Shown piece by piece: positions 1 through 12,360 of a stretch of DNA of 64,000 bases. The position numbers and the translations under genes are program-made. Location of the stretch: the NCBI RefSeq assembly GCF_002854065.1, contig NZ_CP024147.1; one strand, written 5' to 3'. The first letter of the stretch is position 1; each line of letters begins with the position of its first letter. The stretch comes from Escherichia coli (GTDB lineage: Bacteria > Pseudomonadota > Gammaproteobacteria > Enterobacterales > Enterobacteriaceae). Below the pieces are notes generated by a model. It was not told the origin of the DNA and did not search any database. It worked only from the letters and a program-made list of their open reading frames with translations.

Positions 1-2
1 CC

Positions 3-431
3 GTGGTTGGCTTATTATCGCTGGCTTATTTGACCGGTACATGGAGCTCACCCAAAGCCGGAACCATGACCACCCGCTATGGGCGTGGTCCAGTGATGTT
101 GTTTTCGACGGGGGTTATGCTGTTTGGTTTACTGATGACCTTATTCAGCTCGCTGTGGCTGATCTTTGCCGGAATGTTACTCTTCTCAGCCGGATTCTTC
201 GCAGCCCACTCAGTAGCCAGCAGCTGGATCGGCCCCCGCGCAAAACGCGCTAAAGGCCAGGCCTCCTCGCTGTATCTGTTCAGTTACTATCTGGGGTCGA
301 GTATTGCCGGGACGCTGGGTGGTTTTTTCTGGCATAACTATGGCTGGAACGGCGTCGGCGCATTTATTGCTCTGATGCTGGTCATTGCTCTGCTGGTCGG
401 GACGCGTTTGCATCGTCGTCTGCACGCCTGA
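3..431 (+). CDS. ynfM: MFS-family inner-membrane transporter, 3' portion (start lies upstream of window)
   Basis: Open frame from window edge; 142 aa hydrophobic C-terminal transporter segment; sits immediately upstream of asr as in E. coli. Confidence 0.8.
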   Translation: MVGLLSLAYLTGTWSSPKAGTMTTRYGRGPVMLFSTGVMLFGLLMTLFSSLWLIFAGMLLFSAGFFAAHSVASSWIGPRAKRAKGQASSLYLFSYYLGSSIAGTLGGFFWHNYGWNGVGAFIALMLVIALLVGTRLHRRLHA

Positions 432-434
432 AAA

Positions 435-474
435 ATAAGTCCGGACTGCGGTAAATACCCGTCCGGACTTATTG
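435..474. terminator. Inverted repeat (13-bp stem AATAAGTCCGGAC / GTCCGGACTTATT, about 14-nt loop) just after the ynfM stop; possible terminator or structured element
   Basis: Perfect complementarity read directly from sequence; no strong T-run follows, so terminator function is uncertain. Confidence 0.3.
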
Positions 475-737
475 CCTGCTCAAACCAACGTTAATAGCCA
501 TCCTAAAATAGACGAAGCGCCAGCCAATTCCCGCAGCGCGTCTAGCGTCATCAGGATTATAAGTACCCAAATAAACGGATTCATTTTGCTGTGTGTCATT
601 TATTACTGATGCGCAGTTATTCTACCGCTTTGTAAGTAGTAAAATAGTTAACCCGATCAAGACTACTATTATTGGTAGCTAAATTTCCCTTAAGTCACAA
701 TACGTTATTATCAATGCTGTAATTTATTCAGCGTTTG

Positions 738-751
738 TACATATCGTTACA
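738..751 (+). promoter_or_regulatory. RstA-box-like motif TACATATCGTTACA about 100 bp upstream of asr
   Basis: Matches the TACAtntnGTTACA motif as I recall it for RstA; asr is a reported RstAB/PhoBR target. Functional binding is inferred, not shown. Confidence 0.4.
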
Positions 752-854
752 CGCTGAAACCAACCACTCACGGAAGTCTGCCATTCCCAGGGATATAGTT
801 ATTTCAACGGCCCCGCAGTGGGGTTAAATGAAAAAACAAATTGAGGGTATGACA

Positions 855-1163
855 ATGAAAAAAGTATTAGCTCTGGTTGTTGCCGCTGCTATGGGTCTGT
901 CTTCTGCCGCCTTTGCTGCAGAGACTGCGACCACACCTGCTCCGACTGCGACGACCACCAAAGCAGCGCCGGCGAAAACTACACATCATAAAAAACAGCA
1001 TAAAGCAGCACCTGCCCAGAAAGCGCAGGCGGCTAAAAAGCATCATAAAAATACGAAAGCTGAACAGAAAGCCCCTGAACAAAAAGCGCAGGCAGCGAAG
1101 AAACACGCCGGGAAACACAGCCATCAGCAACCGGCAAAACCTGCTGCACAACCCGCAGCGTAA
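855..1163 (+). CDS. asr: Acid shock protein (periplasmic, low-complexity Ala/Lys/His/Gln-rich)
   Basis: ORF-track frame 828..1163; start moved to the ATG at 855 (MKKVLALVV signal peptide, GAGGG ribosome-binding site upstream), giving 102 aa. Characteristic repeated [16 protein letters not shown] segments. Confidence 0.9.
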   Translation: MKKVLALVVAAAMGLSSAAFAAETATTPAPTATTTKAAPAKTTHHKKQHKAAPAQKAQAAKKHHKNTKAEQKAPEQKAQAAKKHAGKHSHQQPAKPAAQPAA

Positions 1164-1255
1164 GTTTTCAACAGTAATGCTGGCGCGCCCCCTCGCGCCT
1201 GAAAATTACGGTGCTAAGCGGGTAACGTTTAGCACCGTCTTTAGCGGAGGGTAGT

Positions 1256-1339
1256 ATGGTGGGCCGTTATCGCTTTGAGTTCATTCTTATCATCCTTATT
1301 TTATGCGCACTGATTGCCGCTCGTTTTTATCTTTCCTGA
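1256..1339 (+). CDS. ydgU: Small hydrophobic protein, 27 aa (MVGRYRFEFILIILILCALIAARFYLS)
   Basis: Hand-translated ATG..TGA; below ORF-track size cutoff; position between asr and ydgD matches the known small-protein gene. Confidence 0.6.
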   Translation: MVGRYRFEFILIILILCALIAARFYLS

Positions 1340-1438
1340 CTGTAGTTATCTGATTTTACTCCCACTTTCATCCCGTCCCGTCTATAGTATTTATGAGGGT
1401 TTGCTTTTAATAATCATAATTACCCACCAGAGTGTGAT

Positions 1439-2260
1439 ATGCGTACAACCATTGCTGTAGTGTTGGGTGCAATTAGTTTGACGTCTGCTTTTGTGTTTGC
1501 AGATAAACCAGACGTTGCCAAATCGGCAAACGATGAGGTCAGCACCCTGTTTTTTGGTCATGATGATCGTGTGCCAGTGAATGACACGACCCAATCACCG
1601 TGGGATGCGGTTGGGCAACTGGAAACGGCCAGCGGCAATTTATGTACGGCGACGCTGATTGCACCCAATCTGGCATTAACGGCAGGACACTGTTTATTGA
1701 CACCTCCAAAGGGTAAAGCCGATAAAGCAGTGGCGCTGCGTTTTGTGTCAAATAAAGGTCTTTGGCGCTATGACATCCACGACATAGAAGGCCGCGTTGA
1801 TCCGACACTGGGAAAGCGGTTAAAAGCAGATGGGGATGGTTGGATTGTACCTCCCGCAGCCGCGCCGTGGGACTTCGGATTGATTGTGCTACGTAATCCC
1901 CCTTCTGGCATTACGCCGTTGCCGTTATTTGAGGGAGATAAAGCCGCGCTTACCGCCGCATTAAAAGCGGCAGGTCGTAAAGTGACTCAGGCAGGATACC
2001 CTGAAGATCATCTCGATACGTTGTACAGTCATCAAAACTGTGAAGTGACTGGCTGGGCGCAAACGTCGGTGATGTCACATCAGTGCGATACCTTGCCGGG
2101 TGACAGCGGTTCGCCTCTGATGTTGCATACCGATGACGGCTGGCAATTAATTGGGGTGCAAAGTTCGGCTCCTGCCGCGAAAGATCGCTGGCGCGCCGAT
2201 AACCGGGCCATTTCTGTTACCGGTTTTCGCGACAAGCTGGATCAACTGTCGCAAAAATAA
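1439..2260 (+). CDS. ydgD: Secreted trypsin-like serine protease
   Basis: 273 aa; N-terminal signal peptide; catalytic motifs LTAGHC (His) and GDSGSP (Ser) visible in the translation. Confidence 0.9.
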   Translation: MRTTIAVVLGAISLTSAFVFADKPDVAKSANDEVSTLFFGHDDRVPVNDTTQSPWDAVGQLETASGNLCTATLIAPNLALTAGHCLLTPPKGKADKAVALRFVSNKGLWRYDIHDIEGRVDPTLGKRLKADGDGWIVPPAAAPWDFGLIVLRNPPSGITPLPLFEGDKAALTAALKAAGRKVTQAGYPEDHLDTLYSHQNCEVTGWAQTSVMSHQCDTLPGDSGSPLMLHTDDGWQLIGVQSSAPAAKDRWRADNRAISVTGFRDKLDQLSQK

Positions 2261-2268
2261 TGTTCAAA

Positions 2269-2292
2269 CGCTGCCCGACAGCGCGGGCAGCG
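2269..2292. terminator. Hairpin (CGCTGCCCG / CGGGCAGCG) between convergent ydgD and mdtI; candidate bidirectional terminator
   Basis: 9-bp perfect stem, 6-nt loop, in the 38-bp gap between convergent stop codons. Confidence 0.45.
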
Positions 2293-2298
2293 TCTTCA

Positions 2299-2628
2299 TC
2301 AGGCAAGTTTCACCATGATCATTCCAGCCAACAGCAAGACCAGGCCAATCCAGCCTTTACGATTTAACCGTTGACCAAACAAGATCCAACCTGCGGCTAA
2401 CGTGGCGGCAATACCAAACCCGCCCCACAATGCATAAGCGACAGACAAGTCGATCCCTTTAACGGCCTGAGAAAGCGCACTAAAGGCAGCCAGCACCGCC
2501 GCAAGGGAGAGCAAGCCAAATATTTTGCGACGAAAGCCGTCAGAAAATTTCAAAAAGACGTTAGCAACGATTTCCAGCACGATTGCCAATGCCAGCCAGG
2601 CGGCGTGAACCCATTCAAACTGCGCCAT
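2299..2628 (-). CDS. mdtI: SMR-family spermidine exporter subunit
   Basis: 109 aa, four-helix small multidrug resistance-like hydrophobic protein; overlaps mdtJ 3' end as in the mdtJI operon. Confidence 0.9.
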
Positions 2629-2980
2629 GGTTCACCTCCAGTTCAGGTTTACGCGCTTTACGGGTACCTGATTTTATCAACACAATCCCGGCGACCAGGG
2701 TGGTTAACCCGGCAATTTTCATCAGCGATAAACTTTCGTCGAATAACAAAACGCTAAACAAGGTAATAAATAAAATACCGATACCTTCCCACAGCGCATA
2801 AGCTACGCCTAAGGCGATTTTTTTAACGGCGAAAGAGAGAAATATATACGACAGAGAAATCATCACCAGCATTAAAATAAAGCCGCCATTTCCCTCACTG
2901 ACGCTCGCCCATTTCATGGACAGCGTACCGGTAATTTCTGTAGCAATAGCCAGACCTAATAAAATCCAATAAATATACAC
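2615..2980 (-). CDS. mdtJ: SMR-family spermidine exporter subunit
   Basis: 121 aa SMR-like protein directly upstream of and overlapping mdtI. Confidence 0.9.
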
Positions 2981-3391
2981 TGTCCTTCTCCTGCAAGAGA
3001 ATTATTTTAATTTTCGCTTAATTCAGCGAAACCAAAGTAAAGTGGTCAAGCCCCGCGCTTAGCGCAAGCTTTGGCAGAAGAAAGGACTAAAGCGCGTTGC
3101 GCCAGTGCTGCTCACCTACGAGCAAGATAGTGGATGAGGTACGAAGATGGGTAAATGTAGAAAATAACGTCCTGAACAAATTGTCCATAATATTACAATT
3201 ATCCGCAGTGTTGCTTCTCGTCATCGCGGATGATAATTGTCCTCGGTAGTTGAACACGCCTGATTTGTATCATAGCTTAAGAATTAACTCAAAATATTTT
3301 CACTTCTTTACCTGAGCGGTTTGATTTTCGTTATGATGACGGAGCGAAAAAGACATTATTATTAGCAAAGGAAGAAAAAACGGGGACAAGC

Positions 3392-4426
3392 ATGGCAAAG
3401 CCGATCATCACGCTCAATGGCCTAAAAATCGTCATTATGTTGGGAATGCTGGTCATTATTCTCTGCGGTATCCGTTTTGCCGCCGAGATCATCGTGCCGT
3501 TTATTCTCGCATTATTTATTGCTGTTATTCTTAACCCGCTGGTGCAACACATGGTCCGCTGGCGAGTGCCGCGTGTACTGGCGGTGTCGATTTTGATGAC
3601 CATCATCGTGATGGCGATGGTGTTGCTGTTAGCTTATCTGGGTTCCGCGCTCAACGAGTTGACGCGGACGTTACCGCAATATCGCAACTCTATTATGACG
3701 CCGCTGCAAGCTCTTGAACCGTTGTTGCAACGCGTAGGGATTGACGTCTCAGTTGACCAACTGGCGCATTACATTGATCCGAACGCGGCGATGACGTTGC
3801 TCACCAACTTATTGACGCAGTTATCTAATGCCATGTCATCAATATTTTTATTGCTGCTGACGGTGCTGTTTATGCTGCTCGAAGTGCCACAATTGCCCGG
3901 AAAATTTCAGCAAATGATGGCGCGTCCGGTTGAAGGGATGGCGGCGATTCAGCGTGCGATTGACAGTGTGTCTCATTATCTGGTGCTGAAAACAGCCATC
4001 AGCATCATCACCGGCCTGGTCGCATGGGCGATGCTCGCCGCCCTCGATGTTCGCTTCGCTTTTGTCTGGGGATTGCTGGCCTTTGCGCTTAATTACATCC
4101 CTAATATTGGTTCAGTTCTCGCAGCAATTCCCCCTATCGCTCAGGTACTGGTGTTTAATGGCTTCTACGAAGCGTTGTTGGTGCTGGCGGGATATCTGCT
4201 GATTAATCTGGTCTTCGGCAATATTCTGGAGCCACGCATCATGGGGCGTGGGCTGGGACTTTCCACATTGGTGGTATTTTTGTCGTTGATTTTTTGGGGA
4301 TGGTTGTTAGGACCGGTGGGTATGCTGCTTTCCGTGCCGTTAACAATTATTGTCAAAATTGCGCTTGAACAAACAGCGGGAGGTCAAAGCATCGCCGTTC
4401 TGTTAAGCGATCTCAATAAAGAGTGA
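3392..4426 (+). CDS. tqsA: Autoinducer-2 exporter (AI-2E/PerM family membrane protein)
   Basis: 344 aa polytopic membrane protein; sequence and position match tqsA (ydgG). Confidence 0.9.
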
Positions 4427-4446
4427 CGGCCTCCGCAGAGGCCGTC
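4425..4446. terminator. Hairpin (GACGGCCTC / GAGGCCGTC, loop CGCA) between convergent tqsA and pntB
   Basis: 9-bp perfect stem overlapping the tqsA stop codon; lies in the 24-bp convergent intergenic gap. Confidence 0.5.
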
Positions 4447-4450
4447 AGGG

Positions 4451-5842
<1,392 letters not shown>

Positions 5843-5849
5843 TTACCCC

Positions 5850-7445
<1,596 letters not shown>

Positions 7446-7905
7446 TCATGTACGAGCTAAATGTTACTCCGTTAAAATAAATTAGTAACAAACGCCCTAT
7501 AACGTACTGAAAATTATGCCTGTGATCTAGCGCCAAAAATCAGTATTTCGGCGTGAACTCGCAAAATATTAACGATTCAGCCGTGATAGTGGGATAAACA
7601 CCTTAGAACGCCGGATAAAGACTGATAATTGTCTTCGACGGTCGGGTAAAACGAGACAACGCCCCGGCACGAATCACTACTTAACATTAAATTAACTTAT
7701 ACAATTCAGTTGCTTCAGTAGTATTGATGCTGATACGGCTGTTTTTTAAGCATAGACGGTCATTTGAGCAGGATTAAAATTGGTTTAAGGAATGTGATAT
7801 GAAAAATGACGCAGACAGTTACACCGTTTAAATGCAATAATCAGCCACGTTTCTCGTTAATAACAATACCAGTACCTGGTTTGCGCAAGGCGAAGGATTA
7901 TTTTT

Positions 7906-8850
7906 ATGAAGCTTAAGAACACCCTCCTGGCGTCGGCACTGCTTTCTGCTACGGCATTCTCCGTTAACGCAGCAACAGAACTGACACCGGAGCAAGCGGC
8001 AGCGGTTAAACCTTTTGACCGTGTAGTGGTTACCGGTCGTTTTAATGCTATTGGCGAAGCGGTGAAAGCCGTTTCTCGTCGCGCAGATAAAGAAGGTGCC
8101 GCCTCTTTTTATGTTGTCGACACTTCTGATTTTGGTAACAGCGGTAACTGGCGTGTGGTCGCTGACCTCTATAAAGCCGATGCTGAAAAAGCAGAAGAAA
8201 CAAGTAATCGCGTAATTAACGGTGTTGTCGAACTGCCGAAAGATCAGGCTGTTCTGATTGAACCGTTTGACACGGTCACCGTCCAGGGCTTCTATCGTAG
8301 CCAGCCAGAAGTCAATGATGCCATCACCAAAGCGGCAAAAGCGAAAGGTGCCTACTCTTTCTACATTGTTCGTCAAATCGATGCCAACCAGGGCGGCAAC
8401 CAGCGTATTACTGCATTCATCTATAAAAAAGATGCTAAGAAACGTATCGTCCAGAGCCCGGATGTGATCCCGGCAGATTCCGAAGCAGGACGTGCAGCTC
8501 TGGCTGCCGGTGGCGAAGCCGCGAAGAAAGTTGAGATCCCGGGTGTTGCGACTACCGCATCACCAAGTTCTGAAGTCGGTCGCTTCTTTGAAACCCAGTC
8601 ATCAAAAGGCGGGCGTTACACCGTCACGCTCCCGGATGGCACTAAAGTCGAAGAACTGAACAAAGCGACCGCAGCGATGATGGTCCCGTTCGACAGCATC
8701 AAATTCTCTGGCAACTACGGCAACATGACCGAAGTCTCCTATCAGGTTGCGAAACGTGCCGCGAAGAAAGGTGCTAAGTATTACCACATCACCCGCCAGT
8801 GGCAGGAACGTGGTAATAACCTGACCGTCAGCGCAGATCTGTATAAATAA
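7906..8850 (+). CDS. ydgH: Periplasmic protein with three tandem DUF1471 (YdgH/BhsA/McbA-like) repeats
   Basis: 314 aa with signal peptide; three internally similar segments of about 90 aa, each ending in an ADLYK-like motif. Confidence 0.9.
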   Translation: MKLKNTLLASALLSATAFSVNAATELTPEQAAAVKPFDRVVVTGRFNAIGEAVKAVSRRADKEGAASFYVVDTSDFGNSGNWRVVADLYKADAEKAEETSNRVINGVVELPKDQAVLIEPFDTVTVQGFYRSQPEVNDAITKAAKAKGAYSFYIVRQIDANQGGNQRITAFIYKKDAKKRIVQSPDVIPADSEAGRAALAAGGEAAKKVEIPGVATTASPSSEVGRFFETQSSKGGRYTVTLPDGTKVEELNKATAAMMVPFDSIKFSGNYGNMTEVSYQVAKRAAKKGAKYYHITRQWQERGNNLTVSADLYK

Positions 8851-8868
8851 CTATTCAGTTACTCCTAT

Positions 8869-8899
8869 AAGGCGGCTTGATGCCGCCTTTCGCATTTTT
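8869..8899 (+). terminator. Rho-independent terminator downstream of ydgH
   Basis: Stem AAGGCGGC / GCCGCCTT, 5-nt loop, followed by TCGCATTTTT. Confidence 0.6.
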
Positions 8900-9035
8900 A
8901 GTCACAAATTTCCCCGCGACCATTGCATGCAGACACATCTCTTCGTAAAATCCCGCGCTTCAGTGGCAAACTCCATTTTTATGCGTTTTGCCCTAATATT
9001 TATTCTTCTTATCACGTTTTAATCACTGGATATCG

Positions 9036-10418
9036 ATGGAAAAGAAACTGGGACTGAGCGCACTCACCGCGCTGGTATTAAGCTCAATGCTGGGCGCGGG
9101 TGTTTTCAGTCTGCCGCAAAATATGGCGGCAGTTGCCAGCCCGGCAGCACTGCTCATCGGCTGGGGTATTACTGGCGCTGGCATTTTATTGCTGGCCTTT
9201 GCCATGCTGATCCTCACGCGCATTCGTCCCGAACTTGACGGCGGTATCTTTACCTACGCCCGCGAAGGGTTTGGCGAGCTAATCGGCTTTTGTTCCGCAT
9301 GGGGATACTGGCTGTGCGCAGTCATCGCCAACGTCTCCTATCTGGTGATCGTTTTTTCCGCGTTAAGCTTTTTTACGGACACGCCGGAATTGCGCCTGTT
9401 TGGCGATGGTAATACCTGGCAATCGATAGTCGGTGCATCGGCTTTATTGTGGATTGTTCACTTTTTGATCCTGCGCGGGGTGCAAACCGCTGCCAGCATT
9501 AACCTGGTGGCGACACTGGCAAAATTGTTGCCGCTGGGTCTGTTTGTTGTGCTGGCGATGATGATGTTCAAACTGGATACCTTCAAGCTCGACTTCACCG
9601 GACTTGCACTTGGCGTACCTGTTTGGGAACAGGTGAAAAACACCATGCTGATCACCCTGTGGGTTTTCATTGGTGTGGAAGGTGCCGTGGTTGTTTCTGC
9701 GCGTGCGCGTAATAAACGTGATGTTGGCAAAGCGACACTGCTGGCGGTTCTCTCCGCTCTGGGCGTTTACTTGCTGGTAACGCTGCTTTCGCTGGGTGTG
9801 GTGGCACGTCCTGAACTGGCTGAAATTCGTAACCCATCAATGGCCGGTCTGATGGTGGAAATGATGGGACCATGGGGCGAAATCATCATCGCTGCCGGTT
9901 TGATCGTTTCCGTTTGCGGCGCGTACTTAAGCTGGACCATCATGGCGGCAGAAGTTCCGTTCCTGGCTGCCACTCATAAAGCATTCCCACGCATTTTTGC
10001 GCGCCAGAACGCACAAGCTGCGCCATCCGCCTCACTGTGGTTGACCAACATCTGCGTGCAAATTTGTCTGGTACTCATCTGGCTGACCGGTTCCGATTAC
10101 AACACGTTGCTGACCATCGCCTCAGAAATGATTCTGGTGCCCTATTTCCTGGTCGGCGCGTTCTTGCTGAAAATCGCAACCCGTCCACTGCATAAAGCGG
10201 TAGGTGTCGGTGCCTGCATTTATGGCTTATGGTTATTGTACGCCTCTGGTCCAATGCACTTGCTGTTATCCGTTGTTCTGTATGCACCGGGGCTGCTGGT
10301 TTTCCTGTATGCGCGCAAAACGCATACACATGATAATGTACTGAACCGTCAGGAAATGGTGCTGATTGGCATGCTGTTAATTGCCTCAGTTCCGGCGACC
10401 TGGATGCTGGTGGGATAA
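9036..10418 (+). CDS. ydgI: APC-family amino acid antiporter (putative arginine:ornithine antiporter)
   Basis: 460 aa, about 12 predicted transmembrane segments; matches ydgI (arcD-like). Confidence 0.9.
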   Translation: MEKKLGLSALTALVLSSMLGAGVFSLPQNMAAVASPAALLIGWGITGAGILLLAFAMLILTRIRPELDGGIFTYAREGFGELIGFCSAWGYWLCAVIANVSYLVIVFSALSFFTDTPELRLFGDGNTWQSIVGASALLWIVHFLILRGVQTAASINLVATLAKLLPLGLFVVLAMMMFKLDTFKLDFTGLALGVPVWEQVKNTMLITLWVFIGVEGAVVVSARARNKRDVGKATLLAVLSALGVYLLVTLLSLGVVARPELAEIRNPSMAGLMVEMMGPWGEIIIAAGLIVSVCGAYLSWTIMAAEVPFLAATHKAFPRIFARQNAQAAPSASLWLTNICVQICLVLIWLTGSDYNTLLTIASEMILVPYFLVGAFLLKIATRPLHKAVGVGACIYGLWLLYASGPMHLLLSVVLYAPGLLVFLYARKTHTHDNVLNRQEMVLIGMLLIASVPATWMLVG

Positions 10419-10454
10419 CGTTCATCCCATCGTTGGATAGTAAAGGAGATAACG

Positions 10455-11177
10455 ATGGGTAAAACCCAGCCCTTGCCAATATTAATTACTGGCGGAGGTC
10501 GTCGCATCGGCCTCGCCCTTGCATGGCATTTCATTAATCAAAAGCAACCGGTGATTGTCAGCTATCGGACACACTATCCAGCCATTGATGGACTGATTAA
10601 TGCAGGTGCGCAGTGTATTCAGGCTGATTTTTCGACCAACGACGGTGTGATGGCGTTTGCCGATGAAGTACTAAAAAGCACCCATGGTCTGCGTGCTATT
10701 TTGCATAACGCCAGTGCGTGGATGGCGGAAAAACCGGGTGCGCCACTGGCCGACGTACTGGCTTGCATGATGCAGATCCACGTTAATACCCCATACCTGC
10801 TCAACCATGCGCTGGAAAGATTACTGCGTGGGCACGGACACGCCGCCAGCGATATCATTCACTTTACCGATTATGTGGTGGAGCGCGGTAGCGACAAGCA
10901 TATTGCGTATGCTGCAAGCAAAGCGGCACTGGATAATATGACCCGCTCGTTTGCCCGCAAGCTGGCACCGGAAGTGAAAGTGAATTCTATTGCGCCATCG
11001 CTGATCCTGTTTAATGAACATGATGATGCCGAATATCGACAACAGGCGCTGAATAAATCACTGATGAAAACCGCGCCTGGCGAGAAAGAAGTGATCGACC
11101 TGGTCGATTACTTACTTACCAGTTGCTTTGTCACCGGACGCAGTTTCCCACTTGATGGCGGTCGTCATCTGCGTTAA
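10455..11177 (+). CDS. folM: Dihydromonapterin / dihydrofolate reductase (short-chain dehydrogenase family)
   Basis: 240 aa; N-terminal TGGGRRIG Rossmann motif; matches folM (ydgB). Confidence 0.9.
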   Translation: MGKTQPLPILITGGGRRIGLALAWHFINQKQPVIVSYRTHYPAIDGLINAGAQCIQADFSTNDGVMAFADEVLKSTHGLRAILHNASAWMAEKPGAPLADVLACMMQIHVNTPYLLNHALERLLRGHGHAASDIIHFTDYVVERGSDKHIAYAASKAALDNMTRSFARKLAPEVKVNSIAPSLILFNEHDDAEYRQQALNKSLMKTAPGEKEVIDLVDYLLTSCFVTGRSFPLDGGRHLR

Positions 11178-11509
11178 TGCAGCTTTATCCAGCATATAAT
11201 CAACACCCATGCGCTTATCCCCCAACACGCAACAGAACCAACAAAAGCAGCGGGTAAGCGCATCATTCCGGTGAAATACCACAGTGACACCAGGTAAACA
11301 AAATAGGGAATAATCGACCACATGCTAAAAATGATGGTTGCACGCAAGGCTTCGATGCCACGTTCGCTGGCAACAATATAATGCGCGATGAGCGCAAAGG
11401 TCGGGAAAAGTGGAATCAGCCCGGCGATATAATAATTTTTCGTTTTTGCTAAAACACCAATCAACAGCACTACCAGCGCACCGAGCGCGGCTTTGATTAC
11501 CAGCCCCAT
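11174..11509 (-). CDS. ydgC: GlpM-family inner-membrane protein
   Basis: 111 aa hydrophobic protein, convergent with folM; the two stop codons overlap in TTAA at 11174..11177. Confidence 0.85.
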   Translation of the reverse strand: MGLVIKAALGALVVLLIGVLAKTKNYYIAGLIPLFPTFALIAHYIVASERGIEALRATIIFSMWSIIPYFVYLVSLWYFTGMMRLPAAFVGSVACWGISAWVLIICWIKLH

Positions 11510-11637
11510 CTTTTTACCTTAACACTTCCATAACAAGTCATCAGTAGAATACCTGATGAAAACTTGTTTAGAAACGATTGATAGTAAGTAAAAACAGCGC
11601 GGTGTATTGTGACGTTTTTATATCTACCGTGAATGTT

Positions 11638-12357
11638 ATGAACACTATCGTATTTGTGGAAGATGATGCGGAAGTCGGTTCACTGATTGCCGCGTACCTG
11701 GCAAAACATGATATGCAGGTTACCGTAGAGCCGCGCGGCGACCAGGCCGAAGAAACCATTTTGCGAGAAAATCCGGATTTGGTGTTACTCGACATCATGC
11801 TACCAGGCAAGGACGGCATGACCATTTGTCGTGATTTACGCGCAAAGTGGTCCGGACCGATTGTTCTTCTAACCTCTCTCGATAGCGATATGAACCACAT
11901 CCTGGCACTGGAAATGGGTGCCTGCGACTATATTCTCAAAACGACGCCCCCTGCTGTTTTGTTAGCGCGTTTACGTTTGCATTTGCGTCAGAATGAGCAA
12001 GCCACACTGACCAAAGGTCTTCAGGAAACGTCTCTGACTCCCTACAAAGCCCTGCATTTCGGCACGTTGACCATCGATCCCATCAACCGCGTAGTCACCC
12101 TGGCTAACACTGAAATCTCGCTCTCGACAGCTGATTTCGAATTATTGTGGGAATTAGCTACCCATGCCGGGCAAATCATGGACCGCGATGCATTGCTGAA
12201 AAATTTACGCGGCGTCAGTTATGACGGACTGGATCGTAGCGTGGACGTGGCTATTTCGCGGTTAAGAAAAAAACTGCTCGATAACGCCGCAGAACCTTAT
12301 CGCATTAAAACTGTGCGTAACAAAGGCTATCTTTTTGCGCCTCATGCATGGGAATAA
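11638..12357 (+). CDS. rstA: Two-component response regulator (OmpR family)
   Basis: ORF-track frame 11578..12357; start moved to the ATG at 11638 (MNTIVFVEDD), giving 239 aa with receiver and winged-helix domains. Confidence 0.9.
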   Translation: MNTIVFVEDDAEVGSLIAAYLAKHDMQVTVEPRGDQAEETILRENPDLVLLDIMLPGKDGMTICRDLRAKWSGPIVLLTSLDSDMNHILALEMGACDYILKTTPPAVLLARLRLHLRQNEQATLTKGLQETSLTPYKALHFGTLTIDPINRVVTLANTEISLSTADFELLWELATHAGQIMDRDALLKNLRGVSYDGLDRSVDVAISRLRKKLLDNAAEPYRIKTVRNKGYLFAPHAWE

Positions 12358-12360
12358 GCG

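Noticed and set aside
867-1254. Antisense (867..1151) and alternate-frame (877..1254) ORFs over asr
   Set aside because: Compositional artefacts of the low-complexity asr sequence; the asr frame has the signal peptide and ribosome-binding site.
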